Translations under genes and position numbers: made by a program | Notes under the pieces: generated by a model | Databases searched by the model: none | What the model was told of the DNA's origin: nothing | Seen by the model: only the letters and a program-made list of their open reading frames with translations | Shown: positions 17,357-26,298 of the stretch, piece by piece | Layout: every line of letters starts with the position of its first letter | Position numbering within the stretch: the stretch's first letter is position 1 | Origin: Candidatus Saccharimonadales bacterium | GTDB taxonomy: Bacteria > Patescibacteriota > Saccharimonadia > Saccharimonadales > DATKHC01 | Length of the DNA: 39,630 nt | Direction of reading: 5' to 3' | NCBI GenBank assembly: GCA_038317055.1 | Contig: JBBQBA010000004.1 | Location: 1 to 39,630, forward strand

Positions 17357-18318
17357 TATTTTTTCTTCTCCTTTTTAACTTCTTTTTGTTTCCCTGTTAA
17401 AGACAAGAAAACATCATCTAGGGTTGGTTTGTGTATATCAATAGAACGAATACTTATATTTGCCTTTGCAAGAACATCAAGTGTTAATCGCACATCTTTG
17501 TCGGTGTCTTTAATAAAAATTGTAAGGCTATTCTCTTTTTCGTTTGAACTTATTACGTTGTCCCCAAGCATTTCAATGACCTTTTTAAGTATTTCCTCGC
17601 TATCAAATGACAGTTCAAGTCGATCATTACCGATCTTACTTTTTAGTTGACTTGACGTACCTTCGGCGATTACTACTCCCTCGTCTATTACGACGATTAG
17701 GTCAGCTAATTGATCTGCTTCTTCAAGATATTGGGTGGTTAGAAGAATTGTTATTCCATTAGCCAAAAGTCTCTTAATTATGTCCCACATGGCCAGTCTT
17801 GATCTCGGATCGAGACCAGTTGTTGGTTCATCTAAAAAAAGAACTGGTGGAATAGCAATCAAACTAACAGCTAAATCTAGTCGACGTCGCATTCCTCCGG
17901 AATAAGTTTTGGCAGTTCTATCGGCTGCTTTTACTAAGTCAAATTCTTCGAGTAGTTCCTGAGCACGGGCTTTTGAGCTTTTTGGGGTTAGTCGATAAAG
18001 TTGACCCATCATTATCAGGTTTTCTCGGCCAGTTAATAACTCATCAACTGCTGCAGATTGTCCGGTGAGTCCGATTAAATTTCGAACATTATCGGCTTTA
18101 GACACAACATCATACCCACCGATTTTTGCACTACCCTTATCAAACGAAAGCAGAGTACTAAGTATTCTCACAGTTGTCGTTTTACCTGCACCATTTGGAC
18201 CAAGTAAAGCTACCATCGTGCCTTTTTTAACACGCAGGTTAATACCTTTAAGTACTTCGTTTTTACCGTAATATTTAACGAGATTTTTGGCTTCAACTAT
18301 ATACTGATTATTTTCCAT
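17356..18318 (-). CDS. DrrA-like ABC ATPase
   Basis: GPNGAGKT, YSGGMRRRLDLA, FLDEPTTGLDP, PTLDDVFL. Confidence 0.95.
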   Translation of the reverse strand: MENNQYIVEAKNLVKYYGKNEVLKGINLRVKKGTMVALLGPNGAGKTTTVRILSTLLSFDKGSAKIGGYDVVSKADNVRNLIGLTGQSAAVDELLTGRENLIMMGQLYRLTPKSSKARAQELLEEFDLVKAADRTAKTYSGGMRRRLDLAVSLIAIPPVLFLDEPTTGLDPRSRLAMWDIIKRLLANGITILLTTQYLEEADQLADLIVVIDEGVVIAEGTSSQLKSKIGNDRLELSFDSEEILKKVIEMLGDNVISSNEKENSLTIFIKDTDKDVRLTLDVLAKANISIRSIDIHKPTLDDVFLSLTGKQKEVKKEKKK

Positions 18319-18488
18319 TTATTCTCAACTTATTAACTGATACATTTACCAGATTAACATATCTTTTAGAAAGCTTAATTAGCATAATTAAAAAAGCTTA
18401 GTTCAATGCGTAATAATTTATTCTGTAACTGCTTATATTATAAATTGGTTTAGACTAATTAATATGTACGAAATAATAATTCAATCAT

Positions 18489-19238
18489 ATGCGTGATTTT
18501 CTACTTGTTTTAAGCGTCTTTCTAGCATCAATCGTTGAGGGGGTTGAAGCTTTAACTATTGTCTTAGCGGTTGGAACAACCAGAGGTTGGCGATCGACTT
18601 GGTATGGAGTTGGTGCTGCAGTTCTTACATTAGCGGCATTTGTAGCACTTCTGGGTCCTGCATTGACTTCAATTCCTATTAATACACTAAGAGTAGTTAT
18701 TGGAACTTTACTGCTTATATTTGGCTTACAGTGGCTTAGAAAAGCAATACTTAGAGCTAGCGGGTTTAAGGCACTTCATGATGAAGATGCAATATTTAAA
18801 AAAGCGGCTCAAGATGCCCAAAAGTCAAAAAACAAAAAACACTTTGGTGTCATAGACGATTGGTATGCATTTACAGTAGCTTTCAAAGGAGTATTACTTG
18901 AAGGATTAGAAATAGCATTTATAGTTGTAACTTTCGGTGCAACACAAGGCTCAGTTCCCTACGCCGTATTTGGAGCGGTAAGCGCAGTATTAATCGTAGT
19001 CATAGTAGGACTAGTAGTCCACCGTCCATTATCAAAAGTACCAGAAAACACCTTAAAGTATGTGGTTGGAATAATGTTAACAAGTTTTGGGATTTTCTGG
19101 AGCAGCGAAGGTGTTGGGATACACTGGCCAGGCGGTGACGCTGCACTGCCCGGTGTAATATTGTTCATTGCAATTACTTCTCTTCTCCAAATAGCTTGGA
19201 TGAAGAACCGATACAACTTATTGGAGGCTAGAAAGTAA
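18489..19238 (+). CDS. COG4280-like membrane protein with duplicated ExxE motifs (FTR1/GDT1-like fold)
   Basis: VEGVEALTIV and LEGLEIAFIV in two homologous halves; WLRKAILR. Confidence 0.8.
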   Translation: MRDFLLVLSVFLASIVEGVEALTIVLAVGTTRGWRSTWYGVGAAVLTLAAFVALLGPALTSIPINTLRVVIGTLLLIFGLQWLRKAILRASGFKALHDEDAIFKKAAQDAQKSKNKKHFGVIDDWYAFTVAFKGVLLEGLEIAFIVVTFGATQGSVPYAVFGAVSAVLIVVIVGLVVHRPLSKVPENTLKYVVGIMLTSFGIFWSSEGVGIHWPGGDAALPGVILFIAITSLLQIAWMKNRYNLLEARK

Positions 19239-19441
19239 TGAGAATAATACGTAACTTTATTTTATTTTGGTATCATTTCGTAATTGGTGATGATTGGAGA
19301 ATCGCAGTTGGGGTTATAGTTGGACTGCTTATAACTGCTTATTTAGTTCACATAGTTCATATAAATATATGGTGGTTTCTACCGCTAATAATTGTAACAA
19401 TGTTTAGTCTTTCACTTTGGTTTGCTTCTAGACATAAATAA
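19238..19441 (+). CDS. Small 2-TM membrane protein
   Basis: FWYHFVIGDDWRIA; TAATG coupling to the upstream gene. Confidence 0.8.
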   Translation: MRIIRNFILFWYHFVIGDDWRIAVGVIVGLLITAYLVHIVHINIWWFLPLIIVTMFSLSLWFASRHK

Positions 19442-19483
19442 GTTGATTTCTTAAATCAGTAAATTGCGTATTTAAGTTAAAAA

Positions 19484-20149
19484 CTAGCGATTAACTAATA
19501 AATAAGACCGGTTATCTAATTGAGGTAACTTAAACTGCCCAATTTGATCCCTTCTTAGCTTCATTACATCGTAACCTAGTGCAGCGAATGTTCTTCTAAT
19601 TTGCCGGTTTCTACCCTCATGAAGTTCAATTTCAAATATTTTATTGTTTGAACTTAATGAATTGATTTTCATTGGACTTGGTCTTTCATCTAATTCAACT
19701 TTTCCCTCTTCGATTGAATCTTTATCGTCGGATTTTAGTGATATATCAAGTTCGATTGTGTATATCTTCAAAGTATCAAAGCTAGGGTGACTAAGTTTGT
19801 GAGCTAAGTCTCCGTCATCAGTCAAAATAACTAGACCTGAGGAATCTTTGTCTAATCGACCAACATGTTTAAGTCTTCGATATTGCTCCGGAACTAGCTC
19901 ATATATAGTCTTAGAACCCTGGCCATCCCTAGAACAGACATAACCGATTGGTTTATTAATTAAAATAGTTGTTTTGCTAATTGGCAGTGAGATTAGTTTA
20001 TTATCGACGAGAACTTTGTCGGTATCATTTATGATTTGACCTATAACAGCTGATTTATCGTTAACTTTAACACGGCCATCAATAATAGCTAGGTCGGTTG
20101 CTCGTCTACTTAAGCCTGTAGCTTGAGCTACAAACTGATTTATTCGCAT
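19484..20149 (-). CDS. RsuA/RluB-family rRNA pseudouridine synthase
   Basis: S4 domain, NKPIGYVCS, VGRLDKDSSGL, EGRNRQIRR. Confidence 0.95.
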   Translation of the reverse strand: MRINQFVAQATGLSRRATDLAIIDGRVKVNDKSAVIGQIINDTDKVLVDNKLISLPISKTTILINKPIGYVCSRDGQGSKTIYELVPEQYRRLKHVGRLDKDSSGLVILTDDGDLAHKLSHPSFDTLKIYTIELDISLKSDDKDSIEEGKVELDERPSPMKINSLSSNNKIFEIELHEGRNRQIRRTFAALGYDVMKLRRDQIGQFKLPQLDNRSYLLVNR

Positions 20150-20163
20150 TTTAGAATTATATA

Positions 20164-21204
20164 CTACGCTGCTGGAGCTGGTGGTACTGGAGGAGTTTGC
20201 CCGTCGGTTGGAGCTGGAGTTCCTTCTTTAGAGTCTTCAGCTGCTAGTAATTCTTGTAATCGTGAACCTTGATCTGCACTACCTGCGGAAGGTTCTACAA
20301 CTTTTGAACCGCCTACGAGTTGTGGGTCTGGACCAGCTGGTGCATCACTTGGTGTTACTGTAGCCGAAGGATCAGGTGTGGTTGATTGTACTGCTGGTTC
20401 CATTGCTGAAGTGTCGCCTAGTGCTGATGAATCGTCGGCTGTAGGCATTACTGGTGCATCTACTGCTGGTTGACTATCTGATAACGGGTTAGGATCTGAT
20501 GTTACTTGACCAGTTCCGCCATCACTAGAAGTATCTGGTGTTACCGGTGCTGATGTGTCAGCTGCTGGAGCTGGTGCATCACTTGGTGTTGGTTGGTTTG
20601 TTGATGTATCTTCGTTCATGTCTTTTGTCTCCTCATTAACTATTTTTTGTTGTTCTACTGATATTGGTTGTGATTGTTCATCCACTACTGATTGTGCTTG
20701 GGCGATGTCTGGTGTAGTACTTGCGGTCGCGTCTGTTGCAGGGGCTGCACTACTGGCATCTGCTGGTGCTACATTTGCTCCAAGATTTGCATTATTCATA
20801 TCAAGGTCCTTAGGAGCTTCCCCTGGTGTTTCTTCGTCCGAACCCAAAACTTCCTTAACGGTCTTAACAATGTCTTCTAGGGTAACTTGTGATTTTACTA
20901 GATATTTATTTGCACCTAGTTTTTCAGCTCGTGCCTTGTCTTCAGCTTGAGAAAGCGCTGACATTATAATAACTTTAGTGTATTTTGTAGCCGGTGTACT
21001 TCGGAGGATATCCAAAGTATCGAAACCACTTATTTTAGGCATCATTATGTCTAAAATAATTAAGTCAGGTTTTTCCTGACCTATAATTGCGAGTGCTTCT
21101 TCACCGTCCTTGGCTGTCACTGTTTCATAGCCTTCAGCCATCAGTCGAGCCTGGTAGATTTCTCGTAGGCTATTGTCGTCCTCGACCAGCATTATTTTTG
21201 CCAC
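20164..21204 (-). CDS. Response-regulator receiver with long acidic P/A/S/T disordered tail
   Basis: VEDD, LDIMMPKISG, K; no output domain; GTG start. Confidence 0.9.
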   Translation of the reverse strand: MAKIMLVEDDNSLREIYQARLMAEGYETVTAKDGEEALAIIGQEKPDLIILDIMMPKISGFDTLDILRSTPATKYTKVIIMSALSQAEDKARAEKLGANKYLVKSQVTLEDIVKTVKEVLGSDEETPGEAPKDLDMNNANLGANVAPADASSAAPATDATASTTPDIAQAQSVVDEQSQPISVEQQKIVNEETKDMNEDTSTNQPTPSDAPAPAADTSAPVTPDTSSDGGTGQVTSDPNPLSDSQPAVDAPVMPTADDSSALGDTSAMEPAVQSTTPDPSATVTPSDAPAGPDPQLVGGSKVVEPSAGSADQGSRLQELLAAEDSKEGTPAPTDGQTPPVPPAPAA

Positions 21205-21271
21205 TGTTAGAACCCTCTTTTACGGTTGTTATTAATAATTGAACTTATGTTAATTTAAATTGTACCATGAT

Positions 21272-22537
21272 TTACAAAGTTAGGTTAGAAGATGGCATAG
21301 CTACTGCATTTTGCATAGTTTCGGTGCGCTTTAATGCATCAGCTTGTTGAGTAGATAACCTCGGTAGATTTATCCTAAATGTACTTCCCTTACCTAGATC
21401 ACTCTCAACCCAAATTTGACCACCATATAATTCAACAATTTTTTTACATATAAATAGACCAAGTCCAGTTCCGCCTATCGTTCGTACTGACGAATTATCT
21501 ACTCTATAGAATTTTTGGAACAAATGCGGAACATCTTCTGCTGGAATTCCTGGCCCAGTGTCTTGAACTGAAATTTGAACGACAGTGTCATCACCGCCTG
21601 CACCAATTGTTATCTTGCCAGCTTCGGTATACTTAACGGCGTTATCAAAAATATTAGTTATAACCTCAGACATTCGATCAGGATCTACATGCACATAATA
21701 TAAGGGTGCAACTACTTTGCCTCCGTCACCATTAGCTTGGTTACCTCCACTCATAGAAACAAAATCTACAATCAAATGTTTTTTCTCAGCTGCTATCTGG
21801 AATGTTTCCGCAAGGTTTTGGATAAATTGCCCAACTTCGACAACTTGTGGTTTATTTACTAGTCTTCCATCTTCTGCCTTTGAACTAGTAAGTAGATCTT
21901 GAAAAAGTTTACCTAGCTGTCTGGTACTTTGATGAGCTTTTTCTAAGAAGTCCTTGGCCCGTGAGTCTATACTACTGACCTTATCGTTCATAGCCAGTGA
22001 TAAATAACCTTCAATAGCTGCAACTGGGGTGCGCATTTCATGACTGGCAGTACTAATAAAATCAGCTCGTTGTTTTTCAGCCGCTCGCTGAACACTAATG
22101 TCTCTAAGTACAGCAACTAATCCGACCGGGTTTTTATCTATAATTACGGGTGAGATAACAAGTGACACTATAATTTTTTTACCTTGATGGCCAGTTAGCA
22201 CCGCAGTTGATTCAACTTTCTTTTTTTCCTTAAGTACTACTGTAAAAGGATTAGTCTCAGGAGGAATTTCCTGTCCAGTTTCAGTTGTCAGTTTAATTAC
22301 TAGATTTATATCTACTCCGATTGCATCGGTACTTGCCCATTCACTCATAAATGAAGCGGCTGGATTAATAAGACTAATTTTACCGCTTGTATCTGTAACT
22401 ACTACTCCATCGGCAATAGATTCAATAAGCATCTCATTCTGTTTTTCAGTATTCTCAGGCATACCCTTAAGACTATTTAAACCGGTAGAAGGCGTTTTAT
22501 TTCGATGCCAAAAAGACAATTTTTGAATCAATTTCAT
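21272..22537 (-). CDS. PAS-domain sensor histidine kinase (no obvious TM helix)
   Basis: PAS (IADGV..LINPAA), H-box SHEMRTP, NAVKYT, DTGPGI, GGTGLGL. Confidence 0.95.
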   Translation of the reverse strand: MKLIQKLSFWHRNKTPSTGLNSLKGMPENTEKQNEMLIESIADGVVVTDTSGKISLINPAASFMSEWASTDAIGVDINLVIKLTTETGQEIPPETNPFTVVLKEKKKVESTAVLTGHQGKKIIVSLVISPVIIDKNPVGLVAVLRDISVQRAAEKQRADFISTASHEMRTPVAAIEGYLSLAMNDKVSSIDSRAKDFLEKAHQSTRQLGKLFQDLLTSSKAEDGRLVNKPQVVEVGQFIQNLAETFQIAAEKKHLIVDFVSMSGGNQANGDGGKVVAPLYYVHVDPDRMSEVITNIFDNAVKYTEAGKITIGAGGDDTVVQISVQDTGPGIPAEDVPHLFQKFYRVDNSSVRTIGGTGLGLFICKKIVELYGGQIWVESDLGKGSTFRINLPRLSTQQADALKRTETMQNAVAMPSSNLTL

Positions 22538-22646
22538 GTTTTGGTTCTTATGCTTATTATAATAATTAAGTATAACCTTATCTGGGGTTCTGTAATAGAC
22601 TTAAACTAGAAAGCTGTGATATGTCGTGATAATATTAGGCAACTTT

Positions 22647-22721
22647 GGCCCCATCGTCTAACGGTTAGGACACCAGGTTCTCATCCTGGCAATAGGAGTT
22701 CGATTCTCCTTGGGGTCACCA
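22647..22721 (+). tRNA. tRNA-Glu (CTC)
   Basis: GGCCCCA/TGGGGTC acceptor stem, CCAGG-TTCTCAT-CCTGG, TTCGATT loop, encoded CCA. Confidence 0.97.
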
Positions 22722-22850
22722 AAAGTACTTTTAACTCTATTTTTTGACAGAGGATTATTTATACCAAATATTCCTAAGAAGATAGTAGTTACATTCGTAC
22801 CAGTTCTCTTAATTGCAAACTTTTAAAAATCATAATATGATTAAACCAAT

Positions 22851-23633
22851 ATGGGTGAGCAAGATAAAGAACTTCAACAAACCAATTCAGTACTAAAAGA
22901 AACTTCACAAACGCCTAATCAACAAGTATCAACTAACCAACTGCCAGATACAAGTCAATTCTCACAAGATGTACAGCGAGCTGTTAATCCCAGCTCAATA
23001 TATCCAACTCCCGCTGTTAATTACTTAAACTCGAATCAGATACCTATTCATCCAGATAATATCCAAAAACCAATCAAGAAGAGCTATAAAATTTTACTTA
23101 TTTCATTGATAATTGTAGCCCTATTATTTCTTGGTTTAATAGGTTCGTTGTACAAAATTAAAGGGCATTCAAACACTCACCAATTATCCAGTACTAATTC
23201 AGCTAGTAATTCGAATACTAACATCAGTCATAGTTTTGATATAGCAGGAGTTAATTTCAGTATAGATACACCTAAAACTTCTTCAGTTAAATCAAATAGT
23301 TCAGCCATAGCATTTAACGGCATAAATAACAATGGAGCAAAAATTGATATTGGGATAACTCAAGCAACCCCTACTTATACACTTAATATTACTTGTACCC
23401 CACAAGGAGTCCTTTATAATCTGGGAACAATTTCAATTCTAGGAAAACAAATTGTTGTTTGTTCAAACGGAAACAATGCCATTCCTGGTAATAACATAAT
23501 CCCATTTGATTATTCATACTTCACTATTAATGGAAAAGAGTTTAGATATGAAGGTTTGTCTGAAGATAATACTCAATCTGTCAATTTAAATGAATATAGC
23601 TCAATAGCCCAAACAATCAAAGTAAACAATTAG
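22851..23633 (+). CDS. Single-pass membrane protein: Q/N/P-rich N-terminus, S/N linker, Cys-pair ectodomain
   Basis: Composition and a TM segment ILLISLIIVALLFLGLIGSLY. Confidence 0.8.
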   Translation: MGEQDKELQQTNSVLKETSQTPNQQVSTNQLPDTSQFSQDVQRAVNPSSIYPTPAVNYLNSNQIPIHPDNIQKPIKKSYKILLISLIIVALLFLGLIGSLYKIKGHSNTHQLSSTNSASNSNTNISHSFDIAGVNFSIDTPKTSSVKSNSSAIAFNGINNNGAKIDIGITQATPTYTLNITCTPQGVLYNLGTISILGKQIVVCSNGNNAIPGNNIIPFDYSYFTINGKEFRYEGLSEDNTQSVNLNEYSSIAQTIKVNN

Positions 23634-23662
23634 CTATTATTTATAAGTAGTCCAAGCTTATA

Positions 23663-23717
23663 CCATCTAAGAATTTCACTACATACTTTCTTATTAACCG
23701 AATATCATAGGGTCATC
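23663..23717 (+). repeat. 55-bp direct repeat, copy 1, ending in tRNA-Glu-like 3' end
   Basis: CCATCTAAGAATTTCA..CTTATTAACCGAATATCATAGGGTCATC; 38/55 ungapped identity to copy 2 (hand count). Confidence 0.8.
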
Positions 23718-23769
23718 AATTTTCCTATGCACATATTAAGTAATACAGTTATGCTAAACTTTACTCAAG

Positions 23770-24612
23770 ATGGATAACCATAGTCAAAACCTTCTTCCAA
23801 GTAACCCAATAAACTCGCAGCTACAACAACCCCAGAATCAACCAGGTAATAATAATCAGGGCTCTATCTCAGTAGGGCAAGAACTGAGCTATGGACCTGA
23901 GGGCGACAAGTCGTATATTGTTACTTATTTATTCTCATATTTTCTGGGATTCCTAGGTATTGACCGCTTTTATAGAGGGTTAATAGGAACGGGTATTTTA
24001 AAGTTGATTACACTAGGTGGTCTTGGTATTTGGTCTTTCATAGACTGGTTACTTACAGGATTTGGAAAACCTAAGGACAAACGAGGCTTACTATTAAGCG
24101 GATTTTCAAAAAACAGGAAAACTATTCAGATAATAACAGTTGTCTTACTTGTACTTGGTTTATTTATTGTTCCGGCTGTAATATTGCTGATGACGTTTCT
24201 TGCTGTTCCATCACTGCAACAAAGTGCTAGAAATACTGCTCGTAAAACTGATATATATAACATCTCCTCAGCAATAAATACTTATGAATCTCACAATAAT
24301 TCTCAACCACCTCAGTCTGTAATCCAGGTCGGAAATCCAACAAGCTTCAAGTTATGTGGTATAGATTGTTCAAACGGAAGTGTTACTGTGTTGGTCACGA
24401 ACTACACTAGTTCTAATATATCGTTCCAGAATTTTTCTCCTAATTTGAGCGTATCAAGTGTTGATATGGTCTATATTGTTAATAACGCCACATGTAATAG
24501 TTCGAGAAGTGGTATAGGCATTGTAAGCGGTAGTGGAATATCATCATCTGCAATTTTATATGCCATTGAAGGTAGTGGAACATCTCTTAAACAGCAGTGC
24601 TTGGCGACTTAG
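23770..24612 (+). CDS. TM2-domain protein fused to a type IV pilin-like head
   Basis: KSYIVTYLFSYFLGFLGIDRFY.G..GTGILKLITLGGLGIW (TM2), then FLAVPSLQQSARNTARKTDI..AINTY..NN..PP and a C-terminal Cys. Confidence 0.8.
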   Translation: MDNHSQNLLPSNPINSQLQQPQNQPGNNNQGSISVGQELSYGPEGDKSYIVTYLFSYFLGFLGIDRFYRGLIGTGILKLITLGGLGIWSFIDWLLTGFGKPKDKRGLLLSGFSKNRKTIQIITVVLLVLGLFIVPAVILLMTFLAVPSLQQSARNTARKTDIYNISSAINTYESHNNSQPPQSVIQVGNPTSFKLCGIDCSNGSVTVLVTNYTSSNISFQNFSPNLSVSSVDMVYIVNNATCNSSRSGIGIVSGSGISSSAILYAIEGSGTSLKQQCLAT

Positions 24613-24657
24613 ATAAGTAATATAATTGACTACTCTGTAATTACTTAATCTTGCATT

Positions 24658-24712
24658 CCACCTAATAATTTCAGCTATGATAACCTTATAATCCGAATAG
24701 TATAGGGTCACC
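24658..24712 (+). repeat. 55-bp direct repeat, copy 2, ending GGGTCACC
   Basis: CCACCTAATAATTTCA..CTTATAATCCGAATAGTATAGGGTCACC. Confidence 0.8.
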
Positions 24713-24720
24713 TGTAATTA

Positions 24721-24999
24721 CAAAAAATAAGATTATATTATTTTTCATTTATGGTTAAATGTCAGGATCAAGCTGAGGTTGATGCAGTATGTGACAAATT
24801 TGTTGCTGATGGCGGAAAAGCTAATCAGTGCGGTTGGATAGACGATAAGTTTGGTGTTTATTGGCAGATTATACCTGTTCAACTTGGCCAGTTTATGTCT
24901 GATTCTGATTTAGAAAAATCTAGTAGAGTGACGCTAGCCATGCTCAAGATGAATAAAATAATAATCGCTGATCTAGAAAAAGCTCACTCTGGAATTTAA
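24721..24999 (+). pseudogene. Truncated VOC/PhnB-like (3-dmu-9_3-mt) gene, C-terminal half only
   Basis: SFMVKC.DQAEVD..QCGWIDDKFGVYWQIIP..AMLKMNKIIIADLE; N-terminal half absent. Confidence 0.75.
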
Positions 25000-25003
25000 C
25001 AAA

Positions 25004-26197
25004 TTAAGGCGTATAAACAAGTTGGCTATTAAGACCAACTGCTGTTAGCCATGTCTGACCAGCATTGAATTTTATAGCTGCACCAGTTGCATCAGTAAAT
25101 AAAACTTGCGAAGTTGGGTATGGTTTACTCCATGTACCTTGTATTACACCACCGTCTTGGAAAATGTATGCAGTACTGCTACCTATATCTGAGTATTGGG
25201 TATAATATGCTCCGCTCGCATCAAGCGCTCCGTTTGTCCAGGGCATAATCATGGCTACGACTACCTTAGGTTGTATTTGCTTACCAGTATTTGAATCAGT
25301 CATCGCTGCCCCACCCTCACTTCGATTATAAGCATTTGTAGTTGGATCGTAATCGTAGTGAACATTATAAGATGAGCTAGAAATATTCATATCGATTTTT
25401 GTCGCTGTTGGTTTAGCTAAAGGTTTATCGTCTTTGCGTGGAAAGCCTGTGAAAGTCGAGGTCGTAAAGCTTTTACTTTGTTCTAATGTACTTAATTCGC
25501 TCATAGATGTATATACGTTATGCGGAGCTACTCTAGTAGAAATTCTGTGGAAATAACTACCATAAGAAAATTCGTTTAAATCTCTAATACCTATCGTGCC
25601 TATTTTACTAAGTGCATCCGGACTACCACCAACATGAACGTAAGTAGCATTAAAACCTAGAGCCCAATCTATATAATATGGGCGAGCACTTCTAATTGGC
25701 CCAAGTGAAGTGGATTGATTTTCTTCAAATAAAGCTAAGAATCTAGTTATACCCGCTTCTGCAATTGCCTCAAACACAACACCAGCATCACTTAGCCCTG
25801 ATTGAGGTCTAGCATCTGGAGTATTTTCTATCATTACACCTGTTACTGGTAAGGCTTGTTCGGCTGCCGTAACTGGAAGTCCGGTTAACCGAGATAATAT
25901 CTTTGGAGGTGGAACAACAACTGCTCTATCCGGTTTAGGAACCGGAGGACTTTGAAGTTTTGTACTATGAGTAAATATAAGTACCAATAACACTACTCCA
26001 ACTATGGAAATACCGCTTTCAGCGCCTACAATCCATTTCTCTTTTTTGGTAAGAGGATGTTTGTTTTTGATCTTATGATGAAGCTTTTTTGGGTTGAATG
26101 TCGATTTAGGTGCATCAGTAATATTATCTTTACCATCTATCATGATGTGGAAATCGGGGTTTGGTGGTTGTTGTTTTCGTTTTAAATGGTTAAACAT
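25004..26197 (-). CDS. DUF3048 (YerB-like) membrane-anchored protein
   Basis: LTGLP, VMIEN.PDARPQSGL, EAGITRF, GPIRSARPY, APHNVY, GQTW. Confidence 0.9.
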   Translation of the reverse strand: MFNHLKRKQQPPNPDFHIMIDGKDNITDAPKSTFNPKKLHHKIKNKHPLTKKEKWIVGAESGISIVGVVLLVLIFTHSTKLQSPPVPKPDRAVVVPPPKILSRLTGLPVTAAEQALPVTGVMIENTPDARPQSGLSDAGVVFEAIAEAGITRFLALFEENQSTSLGPIRSARPYYIDWALGFNATYVHVGGSPDALSKIGTIGIRDLNEFSYGSYFHRISTRVAPHNVYTSMSELSTLEQSKSFTTSTFTGFPRKDDKPLAKPTATKIDMNISSSSYNVHYDYDPTTNAYNRSEGGAAMTDSNTGKQIQPKVVVAMIMPWTNGALDASGAYYTQYSDIGSSTAYIFQDGGVIQGTWSKPYPTSQVLFTDATGAAIKFNAGQTWLTAVGLNSQLVYTP

Positions 26198-26298
26198 ATT
26201 ATTATTGCTATTTTAACAGTTATTGTGGTTATAATACTAGTGGTTGTTAAGGTGGGTTTTCTTGCAATAAAGGGCTAAATATAGTATAATTTGGTAAT

